Shown in pieces: positions 61,858 to 64,000 of a stretch of 64,000 nt of DNA. The DNA lies in assembly GCA_024276495.1 (NCBI GenBank), contig JAJRXC010000073.1, positions 18,360-82,359 on the forward strand, in the 5' to 3' direction. Numbering within the stretch: the first letter of the stretch is position 1; each line of letters opens with the position of its first letter. Source of the DNA: Actinomycetes bacterium (GTDB lineage Bacteria > Actinomycetota > Acidimicrobiia > Acidimicrobiales > Aldehydirespiratoraceae). The notes below the pieces were generated by a model that worked only from the letters and a program-made list of their open reading frames with translations, was not told the origin of the DNA and did no database searches. A program made the position numbers and the translations under genes.

Positions 61858-63432
61858 ATGTCGACCGACCCCCGCCGCGAGGCGCAGTACCTCGCCGACG
61901 GGTGGTGGGAGGAGACGACGTTGGCCGAACGGGTGCGCTCCCACGCGGTCGCCCGGGCCGAGGCGACGGCCTACGTGTGGGACGACGCCCGGATCAGCTG
62001 GGCCGAACACGAGCGGCTGCTGCGCACGATCGCCGCCAGGATCGCCGGGTCCGGTCTCGCTCGAGGTGATCGGGTGCTGGTCTTCTTGCCCGACGGTGCC
62101 GCGGTGCACGCGGCGTTCCTCGCCTGCGAAGCAGCCGGGGTGGTCGCGGTCGGTGTCGGTTGGCGGGCCGGTGAGCGTGAGCTCCGGCATCTCGTCGATC
62201 GCACCGGGGCCCGCGCCGCGATCACGACCTCCCGAACGCGGCTGGGTCCGGGACCGGCGTTGATGGAGCGGCTCGGGCTGGTCGCGCCGGTGCTGATCGA
62301 ACGGCTGGTGGACGGCCCGACCGTGGTCGACGGCCCGGTCGGCGACCTCGGACACGAGCCGATCGGCCCGTCGGAGCCGTGGTTGTTGAACTCGACGTCG
62401 GGAACCACCGGCCTGCCCAAGTGTGTCGTGCAGACCCAGAACCGGTGGGCCTACTTTCATCAGCTCGCGATGGCATTCGGTGACCTGGATCACGACGAGG
62501 TGTGGATGAGTGTCGTGCCGGCGCCGTTCGGATTCGGTCTGTGGACCTCGCATGTGAGTCCGACGATCGAGGGTTCGACGTGCGTCGTCCAGGCCCGCTT
62601 CGACGCCGCCCGGGCCGTCGACCTCATCGAACGGGAACGGGTCTCGGTGCTCGCCGCGGTCTCGTCACAATTCGTGATGATGCTCGACGAGATCCGCGAC
62701 CACGACCTATCGTCACTGAAGGTGTTGTTCACCGGTGGTGAGGCGATCTCGGCGTCGAGGGGGGCCGCGTTCGAGGACGCGACCGGGTGCACGATCCTCA
62801 ACTTCTACGGCTCCAACGAAACCGGCCTGCTCTCGGGGACGACGGTCGACGACTCCCGAGAGCGCCGGCTCACCACCGGCGGCCGGGTGGTCGACGAGAT
62901 GCAGGTGCGGTTGTACGACGCCGAGGGCGAGCGCGTCGTCGGCGATCGCGGCCGGGGCCGCCCCGCCTGCCGGGGCCCGGCCCTCTCTCTCGGCTACTGG
63001 GACGACGACGCGGCCAACGCGGAGCTGTTCACCGACGATGGCTGGATGTTGATGGGGGACATCGTCGAGATCGACGACGACGGGTACCTGTCCGTCGTCG
63101 GTCGCACGTCGGACTTCATCATCCGTGGAGGAAAGAACATCTCCGCCGCGGCTGTCGAGGAAGAGGTGTCGTCTCATCCCGCCGTTCGGCTCTGCGCGGT
63201 GGTGGCGGTGCCCGATGAGCGGCTCGGGGAACGCGTCGCCGCGTACGTGGAGCTCACGCACGGCACGCTCACCCTCACGGAGCTGACCGACCATCTCGAT
63301 CGCCGAGGCGTCACCAAGGAATGGTGGCCCGAGTACCTCTACGTGTTGCCGACGCTGCCGCGGTCGTCGGGCGGAAAGGTCGCCAAGTCGGAGCTGCGCC
63401 GACTCGCGGCCACTGCTCCCCACCGAACCTGA
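61858..63432 (+). CDS. AMP-dependent acyl-CoA synthetase/ligase
   Basis: NSTSGTTGLPKC (AMP-binding motif), GDIVEIDDDGYLSVVGRTSDFIIRGGKNI, and SSGGKVAKSELR tail. Starts at ATG 61858. Confidence 0.85.
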   Translation: MSTDPRREAQYLADGWWEETTLAERVRSHAVARAEATAYVWDDARISWAEHERLLRTIAARIAGSGLARGDRVLVFLPDGAAVHAAFLACEAAGVVAVGVGWRAGERELRHLVDRTGARAAITTSRTRLGPGPALMERLGLVAPVLIERLVDGPTVVDGPVGDLGHEPIGPSEPWLLNSTSGTTGLPKCVVQTQNRWAYFHQLAMAFGDLDHDEVWMSVVPAPFGFGLWTSHVSPTIEGSTCVVQARFDAARAVDLIERERVSVLAAVSSQFVMMLDEIRDHDLSSLKVLFTGGEAISASRGAAFEDATGCTILNFYGSNETGLLSGTTVDDSRERRLTTGGRVVDEMQVRLYDAEGERVVGDRGRGRPACRGPALSLGYWDDDAANAELFTDDGWMLMGDIVEIDDDGYLSVVGRTSDFIIRGGKNISAAAVEEEVSSHPAVRLCAVVAVPDERLGERVAAYVELTHGTLTLTELTDHLDRRGVTKEWWPEYLYVLPTLPRSSGGKVAKSELRRLAATAPHRT

Positions 63433-63533
63433 GGCCATCTGCGGATCGGGCGCGTGTTGTTGGCGATCCGTTGGCGCGCACCGGATAGGGGAGCAGTCGT
63501 CATGGCCACCACATCCGAGAGATGGGAGAAACG

Positions 63534-64000
63534 ATGCAGAAACGGGGCAAGACGGAGGCGCGAATCCGGATGGCGATGGTCGCGTGGCGAAGGACGGCAG
63601 TGCGCGCGCTGACGGCGCTGATGCTCGTCGCCGGGGTGACGGTGGTGGGTTCGGTCGGTACGCCGGCGCCGGCCGTGGCGATCGGGCACACCCCGGTGGA
63701 AGGCGGGGAAGTCTTGATTCCCGCTCCTGTTCGCGCGTTGCCGATCTGTCAGACGATCCCCGACCCGGATGTCGGGGCGTGTCCCAAGAAGAGCGCTTTC
63801 CTCGACATCTCCGCGTCGGGATCGCTGGGGGGCTCCGGCTCTGTGTCGGTGGAGCTCAGTCCGGGGCTCCCTCCCTGCAACCGGCGGGACGTTTCGACCG
63901 ACACGTTCAGCCCCTCGCCATGCTATGACAGCATCTCGATCGCGCCCTCCTTCGGCGGCGGCCTCGGTTGCGTGTGGCTGGAGGACTCGACGGGAGATCT
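63534..64000 (+). CDS. secreted Cys-containing protein, 5' part only (runs off the window)
   Basis: GGGAG RBS before ATG 63534. Signal peptide RALTALMLVAGVTVVGSVGTPAPAVA. The frame stays open to the window end. Function unknown. Confidence 0.5.
   Translation, partial: MQKRGKTEARIRMAMVAWRRTAVRALTALMLVAGVTVVGSVGTPAPAVAIGHTPVEGGEVLIPAPVRALPICQTIPDPDVGACPKKSAFLDISASGSLGGSGSVSVELSPGLPPCNRRDVSTDTFSPSPCYDSISIAPSFGGGLGCVWLEDSTGD

Overview
This is a high-GC (about 70%) actinobacterial chromosomal segment, called by eye from motifs because no searches could be run. Its right-hand part is the conserved core block: tRNA-Thr, tRNA-Met, an ECF sigma/anti-sigma pair, tRNA-Trp, secE, nusG, rplK, rplA, rplJ, rplL, a tyrosine phosphatase, rpoB and rpoC. 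A five-gene catabolic cluster follows it.

The left and middle parts are accessory and have three notable aspects:

1. **c-di-GMP genes.** There are two GGDEF-EAL proteins, a YajQ-type binding protein and a BcsA-like GT2-PilZ protein whose catalytic motifs look degenerate.
2. **A mycofactocin (mft) system spread over about 21 kb.** The precursor gene mftA ends in IDGMCGVY and is absent from the ORF track. mftA, mftB and mftC are contiguous. mftD, mftE and mftF are separated by a lipoprotein alpha/beta-hydrolase, a fused 5-oxoprolinase/hydantoinase, a mycofactocin-type SDR, two paralogous NDMA-type alcohol dehydrogenases, a MoxR-VWA pair, an asparaginase-II-like gene, a D-aminoacylase and a beta-lactamase-fold hydrolase. 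Several of these are start/stop-coupled to mft genes.
3. **Two DUF222/HNH (REP13E12-like) genes, each behind a GAAC-N4-GTTC LexA-type box.** They lie in inverted orientation and bracket most of this region.

Non-coding oddities:
- A 53-bp tandem repeat of about 3.8 copies, each with a hairpin, abuts the rplJ ribosome-binding site.
- A 23-bp repeat of 4 copies lies upstream of a membrane-anchored SMC-like protein whose P-loop appears degenerate.
- The VWA gene has no canonical start codon upstream of its conserved-looking N-terminal segment.

The many long Arg/Pro/Gly-rich antisense ORFs are treated as high-GC artefacts.
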